From positions 1 through 56,595 of the forward strand of contig CALXXA010000053.1 in assembly GCA_944392585.1 (NCBI GenBank): a DNA stretch of 56,595 nt, read 5' to 3'. The notes below the pieces were generated by a model, which worked only from the letters and a program-made list of their open reading frames with translations, was not told the DNA's origin and searched no databases. Numbering within the stretch: position 1 is the stretch's first letter; every line of letters begins with the position of its first letter. The translations under genes were made by a program, and so were the position numbers. The stretch comes from an uncultured Alphaproteobacteria bacterium. Lineage in GTDB: Bacteria; Pseudomonadota; Alphaproteobacteria; CAAHEQ01; UBA3637. Positions 1 to 10,242 of this stretch are shown one piece after another.

Positions 1-990
1 ACCGGAGACACCATCGAAGGAGAAATCAGAGCTCCCAAAGACGGCGAAAGATATTTCGCCATGTCCAAAATCAACAAAGTCAATCATGTTGATCCGGAAG
101 AATTACGCTATCGTGTCAACTTTGATAATTTAACGCCTCTTTATCCGAACGAAAAATTAAAAATGGAAAATGATACACCTTCCTCGACCGAACGTAAGGA
201 TTATACGGCACGCATCATTGACTTAATCTGCCCGCAAGGAAAAGGACAACGCAGTTTAATTGTAGCCCCTCCTCGTACGGGGAAAACAGTCATGTTACAA
301 AATATCGCTCACGCCATCACCGCAAACCATCCGGAAGTCTATTTAATCATGCTGCTGATTGACGAACGACCGGAGGAAGTTACAGATATGATTCGCTCTG
401 TCAAAGGAGAAGTTATCTCATCAACGTTTGACGAACCCGCCTCGCGGCATGTTCAAGTCGCTGAAATGGTGATTGAAAAAGCAAAACGATTGGTAGAACA
501 TAAAAAAGACGTTGTCATCTTATTGGATTCCATCACTCGATTGGCTCGAGCGTATAATACCGTTATCCCCTCTTCCGGGAAAGTCCTGACCGGAGGCGTG
601 GATGCAAATGCTTTACAAAAACCAAAACGCTTTTTTGGCGCTGCTCGAAACATAGAAGAAGGAGGCTCTTTAACAATATTCGGAACGGCTTTGATTGATA
701 CCGGATCTCGCATGGACGAGGTTATTTTTGAAGAATTTAAAGGAACCGGAAACAGTGAAATCATCTTGGATAGAAAAGTATCCGATAAAAGAATCTTCCC
801 CGCCATTGACATTACAAAATCCGGAACAAGAAAAGAAGAACTTCTTGTTGATAGAAACGAGCTCCCCAAGATGTGGATGCTTCGCCGAGTGTTGATGCCG
901 ATGGGTGTAACAGACGCTATGGAATTTTTAATTGAAAAATTAAAAGTCACCAAAAACAATCATGACTTTTTTGATTCGATGAACAGTTAA
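1..990 (+). CDS. rho: Transcription termination factor Rho (5'-truncated by window edge)
   Basis: Frame is open from base 1 ([21 protein letters not shown]...); Walker [37 protein letters not shown] motifs. Confidence 0.98.
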   Translation, partial: TGDTIEGEIRAPKDGERYFAMSKINKVNHVDPEELRYRVNFDNLTPLYPNEKLKMENDTPSSTERKDYTARIIDLICPQGKGQRSLIVAPPRTGKTVMLQNIAHAITANHPEVYLIMLLIDERPEEVTDMIRSVKGEVISSTFDEPASRHVQVAEMVIEKAKRLVEHKKDVVILLDSITRLARAYNTVIPSSGKVLTGGVDANALQKPKRFFGAARNIEEGGSLTIFGTALIDTGSRMDEVIFEEFKGTGNSEIILDRKVSDKRIFPAIDITKSGTRKEELLVDRNELPKMWMLRRVLMPMGVTDAMEFLIEKLKVTKNNHDFFDSMNS

Positions 991-993
991 AAC

Positions 994-1227
994 ATGAAAA
1001 ATTTTCTTTTCTTTTGGGCTGCTGGCATAGGCTTCACAAGCATGCAAATTTTTCTTTATTTAGAAAACGCATGGGCAAAAGCAGGCTTGATTTTTTTCAT
1101 GATTTTCGCCGTATGGATTTTCGCCAAGACACCGAAAGAATTTCAAATTATTTATTGGATTGTTTTGACGCTTCTGATAACGTTCTGGTATTATGGCGTC
1201 AAACCGTCTGACAGCTCATTTTTATAG
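994..1227 (+). CDS. Small hypothetical membrane protein
   Basis: 77 aa with ~3 hydrophobic segments; fills the gap between rho and mnmE on the same strand. Confidence 0.6.
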   Translation: MKNFLFFWAAGIGFTSMQIFLYLENAWAKAGLIFFMIFAVWIFAKTPKEFQIIYWIVLTLLITFWYYGVKPSDSSFL

Positions 1228-1238
1228 GAGGCTTTTTT

Positions 1239-2549
1239 ATGGATACGATATTTGCGCTTTCCACATCTCCCGGTCAGGCTGGAATAGCCGTCATACGCGC
1301 TTCAGGTCCTTGCGTTCATACCATTCTTCAAAAGGTTTGCCATATAACTCACCCTCGTCCCAGATATGCGTCTTTTGCGTCTATTTACGATCTTGACGGA
1401 GAAAAAATAGACGACGCTATTGTTTTGTTCTTTAAAGGTCCGAACAGCTTTACAGGAGAAAATGTCGTAGAAATCCAATGCCACGGATCCCGAGCCGTTA
1501 TTCAACATCTTTTAAAGACTCTCAGCCAAATCCCAAATTGCCGCCTTGCCGAACCCGGAGAATTCACAAAACGCGCCGTCTATCATCAAAAGATGGATTT
1601 AACCGCCGCCGAAGGATTAATAGACTTAATTCACGCAGAAACTCAAGCACAAAGAAAATGGGCCGTTAAACAAATGGGCGGCGTTTTACAAAAACTATAC
1701 GATGAATGGAGAGATACCTTAATTCATTCCTTATCCCTCATAGAAGCGTACATTGATTTCCCGGAAGAAGAAATTCCACAAACATATCTGGATGATATAT
1801 CTCGCGAAACACAAACTCTCATAGAGAAAATAGAATCCCACTTAGACGACAAAGGACGCGGAAAACGATTAAAAGAAGGTATTTCCATTGCCTTAACTGG
1901 AGCTCCCAATGTCGGTAAGTCTAGCCTGATGAATCAATTAGCTCAAAAAGACGTCGCCATTGTCTCTTCAACCGCGGGAACGACTCGAGATATCGTTGAA
2001 GTCTCCATGGACGTCAGCGGCTATCCCGTCACGTTCGCAGACACAGCCGGCTTACGCGAACCGACAGAAGAAATAGAAGCAGAAGGAATTAAACGAGCTC
2101 TTCACCGTATTCAAGAAGCAGATTTTGTCATCGCGATTGCAGACGCACAATCTTATCCCCATATTGATGAAGCGACACAAGAAGCCTTAAAAAACAATCC
2201 CCGCCACATTATTGTATGGAATAAAAGCGATTTAACGGAAAAAATACCTCATGAGTTATGTCTTTGCGCAAAAACAGGAGAAGGATTAGACGAATTATGG
2301 TATCAAATTACTTCCTTTGTTGTTGAAACAATGGGAACCGGATCGGAAATGATGTTGACGCGAGAAAGATACAAAACATCTTTAACAGATTGCTTAAACG
2401 CCTTAAAACGCTCTTTAACGGCGCCTGCATTAGAACTTCAAGCCGAAGAATTGCGTTTGGCCGCTCAAGCTCTGGGGAAAATTACAGGTCGCGTGCAAAT
2501 CAGCGAATTGTTTGATATCATATTCAGTACATTTTGTATTGGGAAATAG
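1239..2549 (+). CDS. mnmE: tRNA modification GTPase MnmE (TrmE)
   Basis: DTIFALST start, SFTGENVVEIQCHG, GAPNVGKSS, GTTRD, DTAG, NKSD, C-terminal FCIGK; AGGAGG RBS. Confidence 0.98.
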   Translation: MDTIFALSTSPGQAGIAVIRASGPCVHTILQKVCHITHPRPRYASFASIYDLDGEKIDDAIVLFFKGPNSFTGENVVEIQCHGSRAVIQHLLKTLSQIPNCRLAEPGEFTKRAVYHQKMDLTAAEGLIDLIHAETQAQRKWAVKQMGGVLQKLYDEWRDTLIHSLSLIEAYIDFPEEEIPQTYLDDISRETQTLIEKIESHLDDKGRGKRLKEGISIALTGAPNVGKSSLMNQLAQKDVAIVSSTAGTTRDIVEVSMDVSGYPVTFADTAGLREPTEEIEAEGIKRALHRIQEADFVIAIADAQSYPHIDEATQEALKNNPRHIIVWNKSDLTEKIPHELCLCAKTGEGLDELWYQITSFVVETMGTGSEMMLTRERYKTSLTDCLNALKRSLTAPALELQAEELRLAAQALGKITGRVQISELFDIIFSTFCIGK

Positions 2550-2576
2550 TCTTTTGATATAATATAAGGAAAAAAC

Positions 2577-4451
2577 ATGGATTATGACGTTATTGTTGTC
2601 GGAGGAGGACATGCAGGATGCGAAGCATGTACAGCTGCCGCTCGTCTTGGAGCAAACACCGCTCTCATCACGCATAAAATCTCATCCATAGGAGACATGT
2701 CTTGTAATCCAGCCATCGGAGGTCTTGGGAAAGGAACCGTCGTTCGTGAAATAGACGCCTTGGATGGCGTTATGGGGCGCATCATAGATGAAGCCGGTTT
2801 GCAATTTAGAATGTTAAACCTATCCAAAGGCCCTGCCGTTCAAGGTCCCAGAGCTCAAGCCGATAAAGATGAATATAAACGCATCATGCAAAAAACTTTA
2901 TTAAACTATCCCTGTCTGACCGTTATAGAAGCCGCTTGCGAAGGTTTAATTTACGATTCGGTCGGGAAAAGCGTTCTGGGCGTGAGATTGTCTGACGGAA
3001 AAGAGTTGAAAAGCACTTCTATTATAATCACGACGGGAACCTTTTTAAACGGCTTGATGCATCAGGGAGAAAATCAATTCATCGGCGGACGGTGGGGAGA
3101 TATCTCCTGCACCGGCATATCTCCCGACTTAAAGGCTTTAGGATTATCTATGGGCCGCCTTAAAACAGGGACACCCGCCAGACTTGACAAAAACAGCATC
3201 GATTGGACGCAAACAACCCTTCAACCAGGAGATATTTCTCCTCAACCCTTCTCTTTTTTAACTCCTTCCCTCCCTCAAGAACAAATCCCTTGCCATTTAA
3301 CACATACCACTCCGCAGACACATGCCGTCATCATGGCTAACATCTCCCGAGCTCCCATGTACAGCGGACAAATTAAATCCATCGGTCCTCGCTATTGTCC
3401 CAGTATCGAAGATAAACTCATGCGCTTCAAAGACAGAACTTCCCATCATATTTTCTTGGAACCAGAAACACGCAACGGCTCTTCTATTTATCCAAACGGT
3501 ATTTCAACTTCTCTTCCCATAGACGTTCAAGATGCTTTTTTAAGAACAATCCCCGGTTTACAAAACGTCAAAGTTCTTCGTTACGCTTACGCTATCGAAT
3601 ATGATTTTGTGGATCCTCGAGAATTGAAAAAAACATTGGAAACAAAAAAAATAAAAAACTTATTCCTCGCCGGTCAAATCAACGGAACAACAGGATATGA
3701 AGAAGCCGCAGGACAAGGCCTTGTCGCCGGAATTAACGCCGCTTTAAAAGCTTTAAATGCCTCAAAAGATTTCATCCTCGACAGAACAAACAGTTATATC
3801 GGCGTCATGATAGATGATATCACGACTTATGGAGTAGACGAACCTTACAGATTATTTACCTCCCGCGCCGAATACCGCCTGACCATTCGAGCCGATAACG
3901 CCGATTTACGACTGACTCCCATCGGTATTCAATTCGGATGCATCTCTTCCCAAAGAAAAAAAGCGTTTGAAGCCAAAAAAAGAACTTACCTCCAAATAAA
4001 AAAAGAAGTCCAAAATGTTTCTTTTTCTCCTAAAGACCTCGCTCATGCGGGAATAAACGTTAATCATGCCAACGGAAGACGATCCGCTTTCGAATTATTA
4101 AGCTATGCGGAAATATCTTGGAATGAATTAACACGATTAATCCCTTCTTTCGCAAATATCCGCTCCGACGTCGCCGAACAAATAGAAATTGAAGGCAAAT
4201 ACCAAGGCTATTTAGCACGACAAGAAGCAGACATTCGAGCCATGCAACGAGATGAAGCTCTTAAAATTCCGCCGGATATTAATTATTCGCAAATCGGTGG
4301 CTTATCTATTGAAGTTCAAATGCGGTTGGAAAAATCACGCCCGGAAACAATCGGTGCCGCTTTAAGACTTCCCGGAATAACTCCCGCCGCCATAACGGCT
4401 CTTTTAGGCTATGTTAAAGTCGTTAAAAACAATCCTTCTTTACTTTTATAA
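2577..4451 (+). CDS. mnmG: tRNA uridine 5-carboxymethylaminomethyl modification enzyme MnmG (GidA)
   Basis: [52 protein letters not shown]. Confidence 0.98.
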   Translation: MDYDVIVVGGGHAGCEACTAAARLGANTALITHKISSIGDMSCNPAIGGLGKGTVVREIDALDGVMGRIIDEAGLQFRMLNLSKGPAVQGPRAQADKDEYKRIMQKTLLNYPCLTVIEAACEGLIYDSVGKSVLGVRLSDGKELKSTSIIITTGTFLNGLMHQGENQFIGGRWGDISCTGISPDLKALGLSMGRLKTGTPARLDKNSIDWTQTTLQPGDISPQPFSFLTPSLPQEQIPCHLTHTTPQTHAVIMANISRAPMYSGQIKSIGPRYCPSIEDKLMRFKDRTSHHIFLEPETRNGSSIYPNGISTSLPIDVQDAFLRTIPGLQNVKVLRYAYAIEYDFVDPRELKKTLETKKIKNLFLAGQINGTTGYEEAAGQGLVAGINAALKALNASKDFILDRTNSYIGVMIDDITTYGVDEPYRLFTSRAEYRLTIRADNADLRLTPIGIQFGCISSQRKKAFEAKKRTYLQIKKEVQNVSFSPKDLAHAGINVNHANGRRSAFELLSYAEISWNELTRLIPSFANIRSDVAEQIEIEGKYQGYLARQEADIRAMQRDEALKIPPDINYSQIGGLSIEVQMRLEKSRPETIGAALRLPGITPAAITALLGYVKVVKNNPSLLL

Positions 4452-4474
4452 TAAAACATACTAAAGTTTATTCC

Positions 4475-6049
4475 ATGTTCTTTTTAAAAAATTTTTTTCA
4501 ATGGTTTTCTTTAAATAAAAAAAATGTGTCCAAGAAAATATTTGTTTTGCTGTTTTTTGCGGGCTGTCTTTCTTCCTTTGGCTTTCAACCTCATTCGTGG
4601 ATATTCATTTTATTTATCACCTTCGGCGTATTATTTTGGATTTTAAATAAATGCTCTGATAAAAAATCTTTTTTCGGAACGGGTTTTTGTTTCGGGTTCG
4701 GATTAGGAGCCTGTTCTTTATCCTGGGTCGCAAACGCTTTAACAATAGATATACAAACATTCGGATGGGCCATTCCTTTTGTCCCTTTAGGTTTTGGTCT
4801 GCTGTTCGGTTTGTTTTACGGAATCTCAACCTTGGCTTGTTATAAAAGCTCTCCCGGGTGGAAAAGATTGTGTGTCTTCGCCGGAGCGTTTACTTTGTCC
4901 GAGTGGGTTCGCAGTTGGATTTTCACCGGCTTTCCCTGGAACGTATTGGGAAACGTTTGGACTGTTTTTCCTCCTGTTTTGCAAACAGCCAGCGTTTTAG
5001 GCGTTTTCGGTCTTTCTTTCATCAGTATTTTTTTGTTTTCCGGGTTATATTTCCTTTTTTCACGTCAATATAAAATACTAACGCTTCTTTGCGTGTTTTT
5101 CCTTATTATCTCAAGCGCAGGGGCTATCCGTTTGTTAACGGCGGAAAAAGCCTCTATTTGGGGACTGACCGTTCGTTTGGTTCAACCTGCTATTCCCCAA
5201 AACTTAAAGTGGAACGCCGACACTGCCGAAGATCATTTAATGGAACATATTCATTTGTCTTTATCTCCGGGAGCTAAAAAAATCACTCACTTAATCTGGT
5301 CTGAAGTCGCTACTCCTTTCCTGTTGGATCAAGACGATTATGCCCGAGCAATGACTATCAGCGCCTTACATCAAGAAGAAACTTTAATCACAGGATCTTT
5401 AAGAAAAGCCTCCTCCTCTCAATTAAGTAACAGCATTTTGGTCATCAACGATGTCGGACAAGTCGTCTCTTATTATGATAAATCTCATCTTGTCCCTTTC
5501 GGAGAATATGTCCCTTTCCAAAAAATTCTCCCTATGCAAAAAATCGTCCCCATAACGTCTGATTTCAAAGCCGGAAAAGGACCTCAAACCATTTCAATTC
5601 CTGGCGCTCCTCCCGCCGGTCTACTCGTTTGTTATGAAATTATTTTCCCAGGAAACGTCATCGACAGAAAATACCGCCCCGATTGGTTGATAAACGTCAC
5701 CAATGATGGATGGTACGGTCTTAGCGCAGGACCCTATCAACACTTGGCCGCCGCGCAACTGCGCGCCGTTGAAGAAGGCTTACCCGTCGTTAGAGCCGCT
5801 GGTTCAGGTATCAGCGCCATCATCAATCCCTACGGACAAATAGAAAAAAGCTTAAAACTCGGAGAAAAAGGCGTCTTAGACGGTTCCGTCCCCCAAAAAT
5901 TACCGCCCACCTTTTATTCGTTTTATCAAAATAGTCTTATTTTATTCCTCGCACTCGTTTCCATTCTCATGGGACAAATCCGAAATAAAAAAAACACGCC
6001 TCTTCATTCTCTTCGCCCCTTCCAAAGTAACAAAAAGTCTATATTCTAA
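4475..6049 (+). CDS. lnt: Apolipoprotein N-acyltransferase
   Basis: Multi-TM N-terminus, TGFPWN; nitrilase triad IWSE, YDKSHLVPFGEY, VCYEIIF; TNDGW. Confidence 0.95.
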   Translation: MFFLKNFFQWFSLNKKNVSKKIFVLLFFAGCLSSFGFQPHSWIFILFITFGVLFWILNKCSDKKSFFGTGFCFGFGLGACSLSWVANALTIDIQTFGWAIPFVPLGFGLLFGLFYGISTLACYKSSPGWKRLCVFAGAFTLSEWVRSWIFTGFPWNVLGNVWTVFPPVLQTASVLGVFGLSFISIFLFSGLYFLFSRQYKILTLLCVFFLIISSAGAIRLLTAEKASIWGLTVRLVQPAIPQNLKWNADTAEDHLMEHIHLSLSPGAKKITHLIWSEVATPFLLDQDDYARAMTISALHQEETLITGSLRKASSSQLSNSILVINDVGQVVSYYDKSHLVPFGEYVPFQKILPMQKIVPITSDFKAGKGPQTISIPGAPPAGLLVCYEIIFPGNVIDRKYRPDWLINVTNDGWYGLSAGPYQHLAAAQLRAVEEGLPVVRAAGSGISAIINPYGQIEKSLKLGEKGVLDGSVPQKLPPTFYSFYQNSLILFLALVSILMGQIRNKKNTPLHSLRPFQSNKKSIF

Positions 6050-6148
6050 AAATCGTAGCATTTTTTACAATTATTAATTGACCTTCGTACATTTTTATGC
6101 TTTATTAGAATAGTTACGTATTCAAAAGTATGGTACGGAGAAAACAGA

Positions 6149-6637
6149 ATGCAAAAAAAGAAATCTTTAAGAGGTCGCGTGGATGGAGCCCCTAATCCAA
6201 TTGACATCCATGTTGGAAATCGTGTTCGGATGAGACGCACTTTATTAGGAATGAGCCAAGAAAAATTAGGCGAAGAATTAGGTCTCACCTTTCAACAGGT
6301 CCAAAAATACGAAAGGGGAATGAACCGAATCGGCGCAAGTCGCTTGTGGGATATCAGTAAAGTCTTAAATACTCCCATAGAATTCTTTTATGAAGGTATT
6401 AATGAAGATATTGAACAATTAAGTCCTCGGCATATCAATAAAACAGATCATGCGGAAGGTTTGGAAGAATGTATCGCCTCTTTGGACGGAGACCCTATGA
6501 ATAGAAGAGAAACATTGGAATTGGTTCGCGCTTATTATAAAATTCCAGATAGAAATCTGGCCAAAAAAGTATTTGAATTAACAAAATCTCTAGCGACTTC
6601 CTTTAATGCTTCCGAAATAGAAAAAGAAGAAAAATAA
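6149..6637 (+). CDS. XRE-family HTH transcriptional regulator (conserved lnt-adjacent alphaproteobacterial type)
   Basis: PNPIDIHVGNRVRMRR...SQEKLGEELGLTFQQVQKYERGMNRIGASRL. Confidence 0.9.
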   Translation: MQKKKSLRGRVDGAPNPIDIHVGNRVRMRRTLLGMSQEKLGEELGLTFQQVQKYERGMNRIGASRLWDISKVLNTPIEFFYEGINEDIEQLSPRHINKTDHAEGLEECIASLDGDPMNRRETLELVRAYYKIPDRNLAKKVFELTKSLATSFNASEIEKEEK

Positions 6638-6714
6638 CCAAAAGACAATATGCTTTTTTTCATCTTTTTTTCTTTGAACTTTCCGATTATTTTATTAAAC
6701 ATAAGGAATGTATT

Positions 6715-6927
6715 ATGAAAAATCATTTATCCGAAGATTTATTAGAATCATTAAATGTACTGGATTTATTGCAAGAAGAAGGACTTAAAATCGTCCCTGC
6801 GTATCCTACTTCCGCTATGTTAAAAGCCGGAGCTCAAATAACAGGTCTTTCAGAGGAAACCGTCAAAAAACTTTATCTTTCCATGTTAAGTTTTTCCGAT
6901 GAAGAAATTCCTGAACAGAAAAATTAA
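6715..6927 (+). CDS. Small hypothetical protein with phage-like VPxxPTxAMxxAG motif
   Basis: AAGGA RBS; KIVPAYPTSAMLKAG...LYLSML; convergent with the end of the lysis cassette. Confidence 0.6.
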   Translation: MKNHLSEDLLESLNVLDLLQEEGLKIVPAYPTSAMLKAGAQITGLSEETVKKLYLSMLSFSDEEIPEQKN

Positions 6928-7151
6928 AACGTCTTTTTCCTTTCCTCCAACTGACGTTTTAATTTATAAAGCCGATTCATCCAATCGACAAAATAGGGAT
7001 GGTTTTCATCATTAATGAACTGCAATTCGTATTTTACCTGCGGATGCGGTTCTGGAAAAGGAGGGCAGTTATAAAACTGCCCTTTTTGATTACAACTTGT
7101 CAATAAGATGCTTCCACCGATAACAAGGCAAACTCGCAATATCCAGGTCAT
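6924..7151 (-). CDS. Small lipoprotein, putative o-spanin (Rz1-like)
   Basis: Lipobox LLTS-C, Pro-rich CPPFPEPHP; overlaps the upstream ORF in another frame; last gene of the phage-like operon. Confidence 0.6.
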   Translation of the reverse strand: MTWILRVCLVIGGSILLTSCNQKGQFYNCPPFPEPHPQVKYELQFINDENHPYFVDWMNRLYKLKRQLEERKKTF

Positions 7152-7272
7152 TTTGTTGTACTTTTATCTGTTTTTCAAGGTTGTTATTCTTGTATTTCAT
7201 ATTCAAATATGCTTGAATTAACCGCCAAAGGCATATTTTTTGAAGGATTGTCACCCAAAAATTTCTAATCAT
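7090..7272 (-). CDS. Putative i-spanin (Rz-like)
   Basis: Weakly hydrophobic N-terminus plus coiled-coil NNNLEKQIKVQQNDLD; start overlaps the holin-like gene's stop and its 3' end overlaps the lipoprotein gene. Confidence 0.45.
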   Translation of the reverse strand: MIRNFWVTILQKICLWRLIQAYLNMKYKNNNLEKQIKVQQNDLDIASLPCYRWKHLIDKL

Positions 7273-7444
7273 TTTTCCGAGCTTGTCCTACATTTAAAGC
7301 CAAAACATCCAAAACAGATCGAATTTTTTGGAAAAAAGCATCATCTTTAGGAGTCGGTGTCAAAGCGCAAACAGCACTTGCCGCCGTAACAATAGAAGAA
7401 ATAGCTATTAAAATATCTTGTATATGCGTTATAATAAAGTTCAT
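7265..7444 (-). CDS. Putative holin-like phage membrane protein (59 aa, absent from the ORF track)
   Basis: Manual translation MNFIITHIQDILIAISSIVTAASAVCALTPTPKDDAFFQKIRSVLDVLALNVGQARKND; AAGGGG RBS; TPTPKDD...LALNVG motif typical of small phage membrane proteins. Confidence 0.7.
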   Translation of the reverse strand: MNFIITHIQDILIAISSIVTAASAVCALTPTPKDDAFFQKIRSVLDVLALNVGQARKND

Positions 7445-7485
7445 ATTTTTTCCCCTTTCAAAATAAAATAGTTCTTCTTATTTTT

Positions 7486-7743
7486 CTAAAATAAGTTAAA
7501 AAATAATTGAACCACTCCCATACAAATAGCGCTGATTGTCGTCAAAACGACCATTGACAACATATTTTTAATCGGCATCCATTCCGCGCGACTGATAAAC
7601 CTCTTTTCAGTTTCTTTTTGCAAATTCGCCGGTAAAATTGCTATTTGCTGTCTTAATAAATCGATTTGAGTTTTCATTTCCGCAATATCTTGTTGAACAG
7701 CATCCAATCGAGCCATTAATTTCCCCAATTCAATATCTTGCAT
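7486..7743 (-). CDS. Phage membrane protein (coiled coil + C-terminal TM; holin/XhlA-like)
   Basis: ELGKLMARLDAVQQDIAEMK coiled coil and C-terminal hydrophobic helix; coupled to the hydrolase stop. Confidence 0.6.
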   Translation of the reverse strand: MQDIELGKLMARLDAVQQDIAEMKTQIDLLRQQIAILPANLQKETEKRFISRAEWMPIKNMLSMVVLTTISAICMGVVQLFFNLF

Positions 7744-8174
7744 TAAATAACCTCTCTATAAAACAAGTGATTGCCTAATTGAGCGCATGGAATTAAATGC
7801 CTGGCCCATGCCGGGTGAACAGACACCGCGTGATAATGCGTCGCTCCACCTGTTGTGTCTTTCAAAGTTCCGCTGATTGCTCGCATTGCAACATGTCGGC
7901 ACAGATAAAAAAGAGGTTCTTGATCCGTTATATTTTGAATAATTTCAAAGTTAACGTCATTTGGATTCCAGCAAGAAAATTGAAAAGGTTTCAAACAAAT
8001 TTCCTTAACACTGTTTCCCCACCAATATCCTTCTTTTTCTCGTGCTATGGCCCATCTGTTCATAATCACGTTAGCAACAGCTTCAATTCCCGTTAAGCCT
8101 TCTCCTCTTGCTTCTCCATAAAGAGTCCTCGCTAAAACATCTTTATCCTCATATCGTTCTTGTAATGAATTCAT
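7743..8174 (-). CDS. SleB-like cell wall hydrolase (Hydrolase_2), putative endolysin
   Basis: LARTLYGEARGE, AVANVIMNR, QFSCWN, TGGATHYH, GNHLFY. Confidence 0.9.
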   Translation of the reverse strand: MNSLQERYEDKDVLARTLYGEARGEGLTGIEAVANVIMNRWAIAREKEGYWWGNSVKEICLKPFQFSCWNPNDVNFEIIQNITDQEPLFYLCRHVAMRAISGTLKDTTGGATHYHAVSVHPAWARHLIPCAQLGNHLFYREVI

Positions 8175-9607
8175 ATTCCTTCCTCCTTAGAAAACCGCCA
8201 ATCCGGCTTTACTTTTAACGAATAGCTTCTTCTGGGCAGCCGAACCGGAGCATTTAACAAACATCCCGCAACAGCATCCACACCGTCATCATGATCTTTG
8301 CTTAAAGGATGCCAAGCTTCCATTTCTTTATAAAAAGCTGTTGTTTTTATTCTTTCATGAACTTTTAAACAGCCGTTTGCCAATAAAACATCGAAAGCGT
8401 CCAGTATTCTTTGAGCTTTCGCAGAATGTGACGTATAAGGCAAAACAGCACATTGAAAAGCATTTTCTCTGAAAGTTCTCTTTAAAATCTCTGGTAAAAA
8501 CTTCCCGATGCCGTTTGTTTCTACATAGACAGCCGGTAAATGATTTTTCTTTGCAAAATCAAGGACTTGATAACACTGTCTTTTAGCAGATTCATCTGTG
8601 TCCTCAACAATCATATACCTGATGTCGTGTAAATAATAAAACCCCTCGTCATCTTGAAAAACACAAGCAATAACGCTTGCGTCGGCTTTCTGAGATTTCC
8701 CAAACGCCGGATCCCAAAAACAAGACGCTCCTGTCATTCGCTTACCGTCTATTTTTAATTCCGCCATTTGATTACACTCTGTGTAATCTATATCACTCTG
8801 ATACCACTTAAGATTTTTTACATTTAATCTACTTTCCGTTAAGTTTGTCGGTTCCAACAGCATCTGACTGGCAAACTTTGCCGGACCGGAACGTTTTCTG
8901 ATACTCTCTATTTTGCTTTGAGAAAATCTCTCCGGCCACCAGGAATCTCCCGTTTTTGTAAATATCGGCAGCTTTAAAACATTAAACCCAAATAAAAAGC
9001 CTCCCGGATCCACGCTATAAATCGTATCAAAAGCATGCGGCGTCCCAATGTATAACATAAAACCCGCCGGGACCAAAATAAAATCCAATTCCGATAATTT
9101 TAATCTTAAATCCTCGCGTTTTGCCGGTGTTTCACTTGTTTTCGGAACTTCCACATCATCACAAATAATTAAATCCGCTCGACATCCCGTGATATTAGCC
9201 CCAAGCCCTCTTGCCAATACGGAAGGATCTCTTAATTCCAAAGAACGGCGAACAGTAAATCGATCCGCCGCCCATTGATCTTTTTGAGACGGTTTTAAAT
9301 GTTTTGTCAAAGGATGCTTTTCTATAACGCGTTTAATATTGCGAACCATTTTTTTAGCCAGTTCATAATCAGCGGCCATAATTAAAACACGCATATTCGG
9401 ATTTTGCTTAAGCACCCAAGCACAAAACAATCCGACAAGAGTCGATTTACCCGAATTTCGAAAAGCCATTAAAAGTCCTGACTGACGATTTTCCCAGCAC
9501 TCTTTCAAATACCTGCAAATACGCCGATGATGTTTTGGAGTCGTTAAATTTTGAGTTTTATTCCAAATCCAAACAAATTCTGTTAAATCAACATTCATCT
9601 TCAACAT
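8171..9607 (-). CDS. Terminase large subunit (T7-like)
   Basis: Walker A AFRNSGKS, GCRADLIICDDVE Walker B, IGTP coupling motif, nuclease WDPA and HDDGVDA. Confidence 0.92.
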   Translation of the reverse strand: MLKMNVDLTEFVWIWNKTQNLTTPKHHRRICRYLKECWENRQSGLLMAFRNSGKSTLVGLFCAWVLKQNPNMRVLIMAADYELAKKMVRNIKRVIEKHPLTKHLKPSQKDQWAADRFTVRRSLELRDPSVLARGLGANITGCRADLIICDDVEVPKTSETPAKREDLRLKLSELDFILVPAGFMLYIGTPHAFDTIYSVDPGGFLFGFNVLKLPIFTKTGDSWWPERFSQSKIESIRKRSGPAKFASQMLLEPTNLTESRLNVKNLKWYQSDIDYTECNQMAELKIDGKRMTGASCFWDPAFGKSQKADASVIACVFQDDEGFYYLHDIRYMIVEDTDESAKRQCYQVLDFAKKNHLPAVYVETNGIGKFLPEILKRTFRENAFQCAVLPYTSHSAKAQRILDAFDVLLANGCLKVHERIKTTAFYKEMEAWHPLSKDHDDGVDAVAGCLLNAPVRLPRRSYSLKVKPDWRFSKEEGI

Positions 9608-9881
9608 CCTCTAATTCCGCCACAGCATTTCGCGCGGCCTGTATCCAATCACTTTCTTTGTCTTGAGACATATCTTTTCCCAAGTGGAAGCTCATCAGCT
9701 TCAATAAAGTCAACAGGTGGCTTAAAGCACTTTTACAGGCTTGTTGATAAGCCGAAAAAGATTTCGCATCTTCCGGCAGAGGCGTTTGACAAAAATCCAA
9801 ATAATCTTTCCAAACTGTTTTTATTTGAACCGGCAACTTACGTTTGAACTGCTTTTGCAGCTTTAAAAAGTTTTCGGTCAT
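9588..9881 (-). CDS. Hypothetical phage protein, possible terminase small subunit
   Basis: Small helical protein directly upstream of and overlapping terL; positional inference only. Confidence 0.45.
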   Translation of the reverse strand: MTENFLKLQKQFKRKLPVQIKTVWKDYLDFCQTPLPEDAKSFSAYQQACKSALSHLLTLLKLMSFHLGKDMSQDKESDWIQAARNAVAELEDVEDEC

Positions 9882-9891
9882 AAGAACCTCT

Positions 9892-10242
9892 TTACACCAA
9901 CATAGCCGTGCTGATTTGAGCGCTTCCTGATATCAGGCTTTTTAGATTTTTTTTACTTTGAGCACTTAAATTTGCTTTAATTTGTTGAGCGGCGGAAGAA
10001 GCTATCTGCTGATTTTTTTCATTTGTTTCTTTTGTCAGATTTTGAATAACCGCCGCACTGGATCCTGAATCTGGATCGATACCCAAAGCTCCCATTTTAG
10101 CGCGCTGAGAACTAATTTGCTTTTCTAAGAGATTTTGATTATTTTGTTGTTCCGTCCATGCGTCATTTTGAATAGCCCTCACTTGTGATTTATCCGTGCT
10201 TATTCCCAAAGAATTTTGTAAAACAGATTCTAAACTACTCAT
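9892..10242 (-). CDS. Putative internal virion (ejection) protein, T7 gp14-like
   Basis: Gln/Ala/Ser-rich with SSQRAKMGALGIDPDSGS motif; follows the tail tubular genes. Confidence 0.55.
   Translation of the reverse strand: MSSLESVLQNSLGISTDKSQVRAIQNDAWTEQQNNQNLLEKQISSQRAKMGALGIDPDSGSSAAVIQNLTKETNEKNQQIASSAAQQIKANLSAQSKKNLKSLISGSAQISTAMLV

Noticed and set aside
453-959. Antisense or alternate-frame ORFs in the track (for example 453-959, 36866-37477, 50035-50367)
   Set aside because: They are shadows of well-supported genes, with no motifs or RBS.
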